In this document: piece by piece, positions 40,886-49,284 of the stretch
Position numbering within the stretch: the stretch's first letter is position 1
Layout: the number at the start of each line of letters is the position of its first letter
NCBI GenBank assembly: GCA_038245295.1
Contig: JBBRSP010000028.1
Coordinates: 18,732-82,731, forward strand
Length of the DNA: 64,000 nt
Reading direction: 5' to 3'
From: Candidatus Binatia bacterium
GTDB taxonomy: Bacteria > Desulfobacterota > Binatia > HRBIN30
Program-made: the position numbers and the translations under genes
Notes under the pieces: generated by a model
Databases searched by the model: none
The model's input: only the letters and a program-made list of their open reading frames with translations
Told to the model about the DNA's origin: nothing

Positions 40886-41967
40886 GTGAAACACCCGGTA
40901 TCAACCACGAACAAGTCAGCGCGTTTTTCCGTCGCGAGGTGCCCGGAGCAACCGCTCCTCTTACTTTCTCGCTGATTAGTGGCGGCCGCTCCAACCTAAC
41001 GTACATCGTGCGCTGCAACGACCAACAGTGGGTTCTGCGGCGCCCCCCCCTTGGGCACGTGCTGCCGACGGCGCACGACATGACGCGCGAGTTCCGTGTT
41101 CTATCAGCACTCGCGGATACCGGCGTGCCGGTGCCACGGACACTCGCCCTGTGCAGCGACACCGCGATCAACGACGCGCCCTTCTATGTGATGGAGTACC
41201 GCCCGGGTGTGATCATCGGCGATACACCTCCCGCCAACTACGCCACGACACCCGACGATCGGCGGCGCCTCAGCGAGGCTCTCGTCGACACACTCGTGCA
41301 GCTGCACAATGTCGACTACATCGCGGTAGGGCTCGCCGAGTTCGGGCGTCCGGATGGTTACCTCGAGCGGCAAGTGCGGCGCTGGGCGCAGCAATGGGAG
41401 CGTTCGAAGACCGGCCCCTTGCCGGAGATCGAAGAGTTGAGCCGACGACTCGGCCAAGCTCTGCCCCAGTCGCCGGCACCAACGATCGTGCATGGCGACT
41501 ACCGTCTCGGCAACATGGCGCTCGACCCGAATGACCCGGGACACGTCGTCGCCATCTTCGATTGGGAGATGGCGACTCTCGGCGATCCGCTCGCCGACCT
41601 GGGATACACGCTGATGTATTGGACCGAAGCGACGGACATCCCGCTCGGTACTTCGATTGGCGCCTCGGCGTTCACGGCGCAACCGGGCTTCTACACGCGT
41701 GCCGAGATCATCCGCCGCTATGCCGAACAGTCCGGACGCAACGTCGAGGCGATCGAGTTCTATGTCGTACTCGCCTACTACAAGCTCGCGATCATTGCCG
41801 AGGGCATCTTCGCCCGCTTCCGCATGGGTAAGACGGTCGGCGAAGGTTTCGACAACATGGCGCGCTCGGCGCTACCGCTGGCGCGACGGGCGATCGAGAT
41901 TTGCGAACAGTCGGCCGATCCGCGCCTGCAGCGTGGTAGGCGCAGGCTTCAGCCTGCGGTGAGCTGA
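40882..41967 (+). CDS. Phosphotransferase family protein (APH/ACAD10-like)
   Basis: GGRSNLTY, VLRRPP, AHDMTREF, VHGDYRLGN, FDWEMATLGDP. Confidence 0.93.
   Translation: MSETPGINHEQVSAFFRREVPGATAPLTFSLISGGRSNLTYIVRCNDQQWVLRRPPLGHVLPTAHDMTREFRVLSALADTGVPVPRTLALCSDTAINDAPFYVMEYRPGVIIGDTPPANYATTPDDRRRLSEALVDTLVQLHNVDYIAVGLAEFGRPDGYLERQVRRWAQQWERSKTGPLPEIEELSRRLGQALPQSPAPTIVHGDYRLGNMALDPNDPGHVVAIFDWEMATLGDPLADLGYTLMYWTEATDIPLGTSIGASAFTAQPGFYTRAEIIRRYAEQSGRNVEAIEFYVVLAYYKLAIIAEGIFARFRMGKTVGEGFDNMARSALPLARRAIEICEQSADPRLQRGRRRLQPAVS
41935..41958 (+). repeat. GTAG-type REP inside the 3' end of the phosphotransferase CDS
   Basis: ggtaggcgcaggcttcagcctgcg (consensus copy). Confidence 0.85.
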
Positions 41968-42058
41968 GCGCCGGGTGCTTCTCGAATTTACGCCCAAACC
42001 CCTCGCCGGCAAAAGCGCTGAGCGCAGCTCGACCCTTGCTCTCGAGGCAGTGCTCGGA

Positions 42059-42943
42059 TCACACCACCGCATAGAAGCGGTCGCCATCACTCCGCACCTG
42101 CTCCGCGCGCTGCAATCGCGCCAGATGCTGCTCGATCGTGCGGCGCTCGGCCGCGTCGATAAACGACATCGTGACATGCGGCGGATAGAGGAAGCGATGT
42201 GCGACCATTTCCTCGACGGTGTGCGGTTCCGACAGAAATTCCAACATGGCGCGCTCGCGCTCGGCGATCTTCGCCGTAAACTTCGCCAGCTTCTGATCGA
42301 AGACGGCGCGTTCCTCGACGACGCCAACGTGATGAAACGACACCCACACACGCGCCTCAATGTCGGCAATCCGTCTCAGCGACACCTCGAAGTCGTCGAG
42401 ATTCGACCACGCGTCGCCGTAGTACGGGCCAAATCCGGTGAGGTCGATATCCCCCAGAAACAGGACACCTTCGGGCTCCACCAACAGCGCGCAGTGACCG
42501 CGCGTATGACCGGGCAGGTGGAACGCGCGAATCTGCGACCCGCCTAGATCCCACACCGCCCCATCCTCGTAGGCGCGCGCGTCGGGGCGCGGCACGTAGT
42601 GGAAACTGCCTTCGACGAATTGGCGCATCTCGGCACCGATGTTCGGATACCCGTAGATCTGCATCAGGCCATCGAGGCTGCGCAGACCAAGCACGTCGGC
42701 CGCGTGCGCCCACGGTTGCGCGCGCGGGAAGAGATGCACGCCGGCGACATGATCTTCATGCACATGACTCTGGACGATGAGATCCGCGGCATCGCGGAAC
42801 TCGTCGGCTCGCGCCACCACCGCGAGCGACGGATCGACGATTGCTGTCGCCGAGGTGCCACGGATCCACAGCGAGTTGCCTTGCGGGTACTTGCCATTCT
42901 TGTCGCCGACGAGGACACGAACATTGCCGAAGTCTCGATCCAT
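42059..42943 (-). CDS. Metallo-beta-lactamase fold hydrolase
   Basis: SHVHEDH, PGHTRGH, GD, SFH. Confidence 0.9.
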   Translation of the reverse strand: MDRDFGNVRVLVGDKNGKYPQGNSLWIRGTSATAIVDPSLAVVARADEFRDAADLIVQSHVHEDHVAGVHLFPRAQPWAHAADVLGLRSLDGLMQIYGYPNIGAEMRQFVEGSFHYVPRPDARAYEDGAVWDLGGSQIRAFHLPGHTRGHCALLVEPEGVLFLGDIDLTGFGPYYGDAWSNLDDFEVSLRRIADIEARVWVSFHHVGVVEERAVFDQKLAKFTAKIAERERAMLEFLSEPHTVEEMVAHRFLYPPHVTMSFIDAAERRTIEQHLARLQRAEQVRSDGDRFYAVV

Positions 42944-43017
42944 GAGGGAGACACTGCCACGAATCATGCTAGCGCTGGAAGGCTGGCGCAGCTTGCCGTC
43001 TCGTCGTCCCGGCGAAG

Positions 43018-43177
43018 GAGACTGTCGATTTACTCGGAAACCATACTTGAAACCGAGCAGACCTATCCGTCATACCGGCGAAAGCCGGTATCTCGCCAGC
43101 TTCCGAAGCTTCCAGCAGGAGGAGATCCCGGTTTTCACCGGGATGACGTTGCTCCACTTTGGTTTTACGACAGACTC
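43018..43177. mobile_element. 160-bp MITE-like element inserted in the loop of a REP-like palindrome
   Basis: Imperfect TIR GAGACTGTCGATTTAC / GTTTTACGACAGACTC; GAAG duplicated (43014-43017, 43178-43181); flanks form a perfect 13-bp stem tcgtcgtcccggc/gccgggacgacga. Confidence 0.72.
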
Positions 43178-43277
43178 GAAGGCCGGGACGACGACAGTGG
43201 TTGTCCAGATTGGCAACAGCCTCTAGAGTCGAGATTCAGACTGATTCCCGCGACGTACAAACTGAGGAGGACCTGAT

Positions 43278-43871
43278 ATGCTTCGCCCGATTACAGCAGC
43301 GACATTGGCTCTGGCCATCAGCCTACCCACCCTGGCCCACGCCAAGAGTTACAAAATCGATCCGGACCACACGAGCGTCACCTTCCGCGTCCGCCACCTC
43401 TTCACTTCCGTGAAGGGTCGCTTCGACAAATTCGACGGCAAGATCGATTTCGATCCGGCAAAACCGGATGCGGCCAAGGTCGAAGGCACCATCGACGTCA
43501 GCAGCATCAACACGAATGTCCCCGAGCGCGACAAGCACCTGCGCTCGCCGGACTTTTTCGATGCGGCAAAGTTTCCCAAGGTCACCTTCGTCAGCACCGG
43601 CGTCAGCGGCGTCGACGCCACCAAGAAAGCCGGCAAGCTGCTGGCGAACTTGACCATCCACGGCGTCGAGAAGCAGGTGACTCTCGAGGTCAGCTTTCTC
43701 GGCGAAGTGAAAGATCCATGGGGCAATACCAAGGCCGGGTTTACGGCCCAGACCACCATCAACCGCAAAGACTTTGGTCTGACCTGGAACCAGGCCCTGG
43801 AGACCGGCGGTGCCTTGGTCGGTGACGACGTCATGATTGAAATCGATGCCGAAGGCTCGCCGGTCGAGTAA
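43278..43871 (+). CDS. yceI: YceI family polyisoprenoid-binding protein
   Basis: Signal peptide, IDPDHTSVTF, RDKHLRSPDFFD, LTIHGV, INRKDFGL. Confidence 0.93.
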   Translation: MLRPITAATLALAISLPTLAHAKSYKIDPDHTSVTFRVRHLFTSVKGRFDKFDGKIDFDPAKPDAAKVEGTIDVSSINTNVPERDKHLRSPDFFDAAKFPKVTFVSTGVSGVDATKKAGKLLANLTIHGVEKQVTLEVSFLGEVKDPWGNTKAGFTAQTTINRKDFGLTWNQALETGGALVGDDVMIEIDAEGSPVE

Positions 43872-43892
43872 CCGAACCAGACTCATTCTTAC

Positions 43893-45050
43893 GTGCACCA
43901 CTCGTCCGCCCGCATCGCCATCGGCCTCGCCTCCTTGTCCTTCGGCATGCTGGGAGTGTGCCTCATTCTGCCTGGTGCCCTGCTGCCGTTGCTGGTCGAC
44001 CACTTCGGCATGCGGCTCGTGGAGGCCGGTTCGCTCCTGGCGCTGCAACCGATTGGTTACCTCCTCGCCGTTAGCGCCTCGAGTCGCGTCATCCGCAAGA
44101 TCGGCTTACAGCCGGCCTTGAGCCTCAGTTTCATTGTTGCGGGTCTCGGATTCCTCGGCTTCGGCTACGCCGCCAACTTCACCGTAGGCGCCGCGATGAT
44201 GTTCATCACCGGCGTCGGCATCGGCACGATCGAAGTGGGAACCAACACGCTGTTGATCAATGTCGGCGGCGAGCGCACCACCTCGTTGCTCAACTTCGCA
44301 CACGTCTTCTTCGGTCTGGGCTCGATTACGACGCCGGCGGTGGCCACCTGGGCCGTCGCGTCGGGCATGGACTGGTCGCACGCCTTCTTCGCCACCGGCG
44401 CGGCGACCGTGGCAATCGGCGTTCTGTGGTCGCTCATTCCAACTGTGCAGAACCACAACGCGGTGGCAGCCACCGGCCATGCACACCGCTGGAATTATCT
44501 CATGCTGCTGGCGCTCATGTTGGGGGTGTACGTCGGTGTCGAGATGGGTATCGGCAACTGGCTCACCAAGTTCATGATCGGCGAACGCGGCACATCCCTG
44601 ACCACCGCGGGAACAGCCCTTTCGTGCTACTGGGGTGGACTAACGGTCGGACGGATCTTCCTGATCTTCCTCGCCCGCCGCATTCGCGAGGAACCCCTGC
44701 TGCTCGGGCTGACGATCTTCTCGACAGTGTCTCTTCTCCTCGCCCTGATTGCCGGCGAAGCGACGTTCACGACGGCGGGTTTTGCGCTGACGGGTCTCGG
44801 CTTCTCGGGAATCTTCCCTGCCGTCATCGCTCTTGGCGGGCGCGCCCATCCCGATGACTCGGCGGCGGCGACGAGCGTGCTGATCGCCGGTGCCGGCGTC
44901 GGCGGTATCGTCATCCCCTGGATGATGTCGGGCATCTCCGACCTCCTCGGTCTGGCGCAAGGGATGCTCTTCTTCACCGCCATGAGTGCCGTGATGATTG
45001 CTCTCGCCGCCGTCATCGGCCGCGGCGCGCGCCCCGTATCTTCCCTTTGA
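43893..45050 (+). CDS. MFS transporter (FucP/TsgA-like)
   Basis: About 12 TM helices, YVGVE..IGNW, YWGGLTVGR, SGIFP. Confidence 0.85.
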   Translation: MHHSSARIAIGLASLSFGMLGVCLILPGALLPLLVDHFGMRLVEAGSLLALQPIGYLLAVSASSRVIRKIGLQPALSLSFIVAGLGFLGFGYAANFTVGAAMMFITGVGIGTIEVGTNTLLINVGGERTTSLLNFAHVFFGLGSITTPAVATWAVASGMDWSHAFFATGAATVAIGVLWSLIPTVQNHNAVAATGHAHRWNYLMLLALMLGVYVGVEMGIGNWLTKFMIGERGTSLTTAGTALSCYWGGLTVGRIFLIFLARRIREEPLLLGLTIFSTVSLLLALIAGEATFTTAGFALTGLGFSGIFPAVIALGGRAHPDDSAAATSVLIAGAGVGGIVIPWMMSGISDLLGLAQGMLFFTAMSAVMIALAAVIGRGARPVSSL

Positions 45051-45077
45051 CCCACACCAGGGCTAAGAGCCGCGGCC

Positions 45078-46250
45078 ATGGACCTGTCGTATTCCGCCGA
45101 CGAAGAACGATTCCGCGCCGAGTTTCGGCTTTGGCTGGAGCAGAATCCACCCGGCCCCGAACCCGAGGCGATGGATGAATGGGTGCACTTCGGCAAGACG
45201 TGGCAGCGCAAGCTGTATGAGGCCGGATGGTGCGGCCTGGCGTGGCCAAAAGCGTATGGCGGACGCGGCGCGACACTGATCGAGCAAACAATCTTCCAGG
45301 AGGAGATGGCGCGCGCCCGGGCGCCGATGCTGATCAATCTAGCCGGTCTGACGATGGGCGGACCGGTCCTGATCGCCCATGGCACGGAAGCCCAGAAGCA
45401 ACGCCACCTGCAGAAGATCCTGACCGCCGACGAAATCTGGTGCCAGGGCTTCTCCGAGCCCAACGCCGGGTCGGATCTCGCGGCGCTAAAGACACGCTGC
45501 GAAATCGACGGCGATGACTTCATCGTCAACGGCCAGAAAGTGTGGACGAGCTTCGCGCGTTATGCCGACTGGTGCATGCTTCTCGTGCGCACCGACCCCG
45601 CCGCGCCGAAGCACAAGGGCATCACGTTCCTGATCGTCGATATGCACAGTCCAGGCATCACCGTGCGCCCGCTCAAGCAGATCAGCGGCGAGGAAGACTT
45701 CAACGAGCTGTTCTTCGAAGACGTGCGTGTGCCGCGGCAGAACATCGTCGGGCAAATGAACCAGGGTTGGGAAATCGCCATCACCTGCTTGATGCACGAG
45801 CGTGCCACGCTGACCTTCACGCGCCAACTGCAATCGCGCACCGCGCTGGGAGACATGCTGCGCTTCGCGCCAAAGTGGATGCTGAACGGCCAACCGGCGA
45901 GCCGCGATCCGCTGGTGCGGCAACATCTGGCGCAAGCCTGCATCGACAGCGACGTCATCAAGTACATGGCCTACCGCAGCCTGACGAAGACCCTGCGCGG
46001 CGGTGTCCCCGGACCCGAGGGTTCACTGGAGAAACTCTTCTGGAGCGAGATGTACCAACGCATGCTGGAGCACTCGTTGGAGATGCTCGGCCCCTACTCG
46101 CAGCTTCTCAAAGGATCGGCGTATGTGCCGGACGGCGGTCAGTGGCCACACCTCATGCTGTATTCACGTGGTCGCACGATCGCCGCCGGCAGCTCGGAGA
46201 TTCAGCGCGGGATTATTGCCGAGCGCGTGCTCGGCTTGCCTCGGAGTTGA
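45078..46250 (+). CDS. Acyl-CoA dehydrogenase family protein
   Basis: WCQGFSEPNAGSDLA, NGQKVWTS, FNELFFEDVRVP, TIAAGSSEIQR. Confidence 0.95.
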   Translation: MDLSYSADEERFRAEFRLWLEQNPPGPEPEAMDEWVHFGKTWQRKLYEAGWCGLAWPKAYGGRGATLIEQTIFQEEMARARAPMLINLAGLTMGGPVLIAHGTEAQKQRHLQKILTADEIWCQGFSEPNAGSDLAALKTRCEIDGDDFIVNGQKVWTSFARYADWCMLLVRTDPAAPKHKGITFLIVDMHSPGITVRPLKQISGEEDFNELFFEDVRVPRQNIVGQMNQGWEIAITCLMHERATLTFTRQLQSRTALGDMLRFAPKWMLNGQPASRDPLVRQHLAQACIDSDVIKYMAYRSLTKTLRGGVPGPEGSLEKLFWSEMYQRMLEHSLEMLGPYSQLLKGSAYVPDGGQWPHLMLYSRGRTIAAGSSEIQRGIIAERVLGLPRS

Positions 46251-46269
46251 AGGCGGGCGTGGGTATCTC

Positions 46270-46329
46270 GGACGGATCCGACGGATCGGTCGGACCCGTC
46301 CGGTCAGGCCGATCCGTCGGATCCGTCTG
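46270..46329. repeat. Inverted repeat built from 9-nt GACGGATCC-like units (possible terminator role)
   Basis: gacggatccgacggatcgg ... ccgatccgtcggatccgtc between convergent genes. Confidence 0.7.
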
Positions 46330-46373
46330 ATCAACCGTCCCCCCAGTGCGGCTGTCCCCCCTTTTGGCCGGCC

Positions 46374-46775
46374 TCATTCGAAGCGGGCGCAGATTTCTTG
46401 TAGGTGGTCCGCCGTCTGCGTCAGGTCGGCGGCGGCCAGAGCGCGGGCGCCTTCATCGAGGGAGTGGCTGATTTCTGCCGCCACCGCCGGTTGCAGGTCG
46501 CGGTCCTGCAGCGCCTGCGGCAGGGCTTGGCGGCTCTGGTCGATCAGCACACGGATCTGGCGTACGTCATCGCGCCGCGCTGCCGTCTCTTGCGGTGCGA
46601 TGGTCGCCGCGTTGCGGGCCCGAGCTGCGGCGGCGCAGGTGGCGTCGCGCACCAGCAGATCGAGGCGAGTGGATGGTTGCGCGGGTTGCCCTGGCGCGGC
46701 TTGCGCCGAGGCTGGCGTCGCAACCGACGCAAGCAAGATCATCAGCAGCGCGGAGATCTTCAGGATCGGCATCAT
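46374..46775 (-). CDS. Hypothetical secreted helical protein
   Basis: GGAGG RBS, signal peptide ending ASA-Q, two Cys. Confidence 0.65.
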   Translation of the reverse strand: MMPILKISALLMILLASVATPASAQAAPGQPAQPSTRLDLLVRDATCAAAARARNAATIAPQETAARRDDVRQIRVLIDQSRQALPQALQDRDLQPAVAAEISHSLDEGARALAAADLTQTADHLQEICARFE

Positions 46776-47124
46776 CCTCCCATCGAACGAACTCTGATGA
46801 GGGAGAAAGCCATCGACGTGCCCTGAGTGATCGGTCGACTGACTCCGCGAAACATTCCCGTAATGTCTGGCGGAGTGTCTGGCATTGCAGACACCTGAGT
46901 CTGGGATTCTAGAAACCTCGAAGCCGCTACAAGTCTGCTGCCGATACGATCGCGGGTTCGTACGTCGGGAGCACGCTGCTCAAAGACCGCCCCGCGGCGG
47001 CACGGCTACAGCTGATCGTCTTGCGGGACTCGGCAAACCCTTCCAGGCGAGCGATCGCGGTTACGCGGCTCAAGACTCTGCTGAAGCAATTCGCGGCTGG
47101 AACTTCTTGGGATCACGCGGCTCT

Positions 47125-47179
47125 GCGCACGCCTTTAGCCTGCGTCCTCATGCCGGTAGGCGCACGGCTTTAGCCTGCG
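47125..47179 (+). repeat. Two tandem degenerate GTAG-type REPs
   Basis: gcgcacgcctttagcctgcg and ggtaggcgcacggctttagcctgcg. Confidence 0.7.
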
Positions 47180-47665
47180 CTTCGATGGATCGGTGTCGGG
47201 GACAGTCCGGGGGGTACTCGGGATCGGACCAACCGAATTTGGCGTGGTCGCGTGACTCGGGTGCCCCAAAACATTTCGTCTGGCGACCCGAAGTTGCGGA
47301 TCAGCTCCGGAACAAACGGTTTGGCGCGGTTGCGTCACGCGGGGGCGCGAAACACTTTCGATCAGCACGTTGCGAGCTGACCCGGTGGTGCGGCCGGCGG
47401 TTCGACCGGCTCTTCAAGAAAACTTGAGATGACGAAAATAGTTGGGAACCTTTTGGGGGGCTGGCTCCCTTAATAGGTAACCAGGTCGCGAGTCACCGTT
47501 GAACAGATGCTCTCCACGGCGCCGGCAATTCCGCGGCGAGCATCGGCAGCACAGGCCAGGCTGCTCGGACAACGGCTCCGCCCGCGCGCACGGCGCGCCG
47601 GCGGGAAGTGACCTGGGAGGGATGTGACGACGACAACAACCTCTAACCAAAGAAGGAGAATGATC

Positions 47666-48418
47666 ATGGAACTCTTGAAGAAACAGGCCCGGCCGAGCAC
47701 TCGCCTCAATCGCGGCAACATGCTTTTGGCCAACACCCATCGGGTGGACACCAAGTCCGTGAAGGCGCGATTGAATGCCTTCTCGGACATCCACAGCCTC
47801 TATATCGAGGCTCACAACAGGCGGGAGGAAGCCGAGGCTCTCAAAGGCCACGACGCCTTGCAGCTGGAGGCGCTCCAACGCGAGCTCGGCAAAGCGATCG
47901 CGGCATTGTCCGCGGCGCTGGTCATCGAAGACGAGCCGGTGCGTAATCCCTTCAGCCGCTTCAGCCCGATCGGTCCGCGCCGGATGGCAACCCTGCTCCC
48001 GGACGCGGCCGCCCAGGCCGTGCACCACCTAGTGGTCGGCGTACGCAGCACCATGAGCCGCTCGCCGTCGGTGCTCGAAATGGCCGACAAGGTGGAACAG
48101 GCGGCGGGTAAGATCGAGGATGCCGTAGCTGGACTCGAAGCGCGGCGGACCTACCTCGGTTTGATGCGTTACGAGCGCAACTCGCTGAACCCGCAGTGGG
48201 ACACCGCCTACAAGTCACTGCGGCATATGGCCAAGTCGGTCGCCGAGGAGCGCGATCTCTACACCGTGCTGTTCGGCGAGCTGCGTAGGGCCAAGCCGAA
48301 GGTCGCCAGTCCACCGACGACGGCGACACCCAGTGGTGAGCCGCGGAGCGCCGAGCCTGCTGCCACCGCAGACCCGCCGGCGACGGAGGCTGCGATCGTG
48401 CCTCCGCAAGCGGCCTGA
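47666..48418 (+). CDS. Hypothetical coiled-coil/helical protein
   Basis: AAGGAG RBS, amphipathic helices, Pro/Ala tail; alternative start at 47660. Confidence 0.7.
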   Translation: MELLKKQARPSTRLNRGNMLLANTHRVDTKSVKARLNAFSDIHSLYIEAHNRREEAEALKGHDALQLEALQRELGKAIAALSAALVIEDEPVRNPFSRFSPIGPRRMATLLPDAAAQAVHHLVVGVRSTMSRSPSVLEMADKVEQAAGKIEDAVAGLEARRTYLGLMRYERNSLNPQWDTAYKSLRHMAKSVAEERDLYTVLFGELRRAKPKVASPPTTATPSGEPRSAEPAATADPPATEAAIVPPQAA

Positions 48419-48490
48419 AGTAGTACGGGGCCGAAGCGCCGCTCGGGGAAGTGGTCCTGAGCGGCGCCGGCGGAGAGATGACAGGACACT

Positions 48491-48562
48491 AGGCAAGAGG
48501 CAGAAGGCAACAGGCAGTAAGCAAGAGGGGATTTCCGTTCTGCCTTTTTACCTTCTGCCTTT
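48491..48562. repeat. Heptamer tandem repeats (AGGCARN) with inverted copies
   Basis: aggcaag aggcaga aggcaac aggcagt aagcaag ... tctgcct ... tctgcct. Confidence 0.75.
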
Positions 48563-48629
48563 CACGGGGCTTAGAACGTCGGGGGTTGGGGGTTGGGCGG
48601 CGGGACCCGCGCTGAACCGCTCCATCCGG

Positions 48630-48706
48630 CGCAGGCTAAAGACCTGCGCCTACCTCACCGCCTCGATGCCGGGCCGTCACGGGGTCGGCGCAAGCTTTAG
48701 CTTGCG
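48630..48706. repeat. Inverted pair of GTAG-type REPs
   Basis: cgcaggctaaagacctgcgcctacc (48630-48654) and ggtcggcgcaagctttagcttgcg (48683-48706). Confidence 0.8.
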
Positions 48707-49284
48707 GCGACCGTATACGGTGCCTCGGCGAATTTGCGTGCGATCACTTGGTCTTCGCGGGCGTAGGAGAGGAACACGTCTTTCGTGGCTGACACAATCG
48801 TCGCGAGCGCGCAGGCCTCGATCGTCTCGGTCATCTTGTCGAGCTTCAACATTCCGCGCGACTGCAGGCGTTGCGCGACAGGACCACGAATGGATTGGCG
48901 CACGGCGCCTGACAAGAGAGTTCCGCCCGGATCACTCTTCGCCATCAGCCGTGCAGCGACATTGACGCCGTGAGCGAGGAGATCGCCGTTTGGCTACACC
49001 GCGACATCGCCGAAGTGGACGCCGACACGGACCTTTGGCTCGCAGGTTTCGGCGAGTTTGAAGGCGGCTTCGACGGCTGCGAGGCTTGAGCCGAACTCCA
49101 GCATGAAGCCGTCGCTGGCGGTGTTGAAGACGCGGCCGCCGTGTTTGGCAGCGATCGCTTCGATCACGTGGCGCAGGGCTGCCACCGTTGCCGTTGTGCG
49201 TGCTTCGTCAGCCTCGGTCCGCGCGGAGTAACCGGCGACGTCGAGGGCCACGATGGTGGCGAGCTTGCGGGTGGGGTCGGTCAT
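48697..49284 (-). pseudogene. Class III nucleotide cyclase-TIR fusion relic
   Basis: Near copy of the upstream cyclase domain with in-frame TAG at 48994-48996 (Gln in the paralog); frame continues to KDVFLSYAREDQVIARKFAEA (TIR beta-A/alpha-A-like) and ends in a REP. Confidence 0.8.

Noticed and set aside
46885..47427. 180-aa ORF in the accessory gap
   Set aside because: TTG start without a clear RBS, reads through REP copies, no recognisable motifs
48994..48996. In-frame TAG as pyrrolysine or programmed read-through
   Set aside because: The paralog has Gln here (single C-to-T change from CAG), the copy has other degenerate substitutions and is truncated; no pyl genes seen
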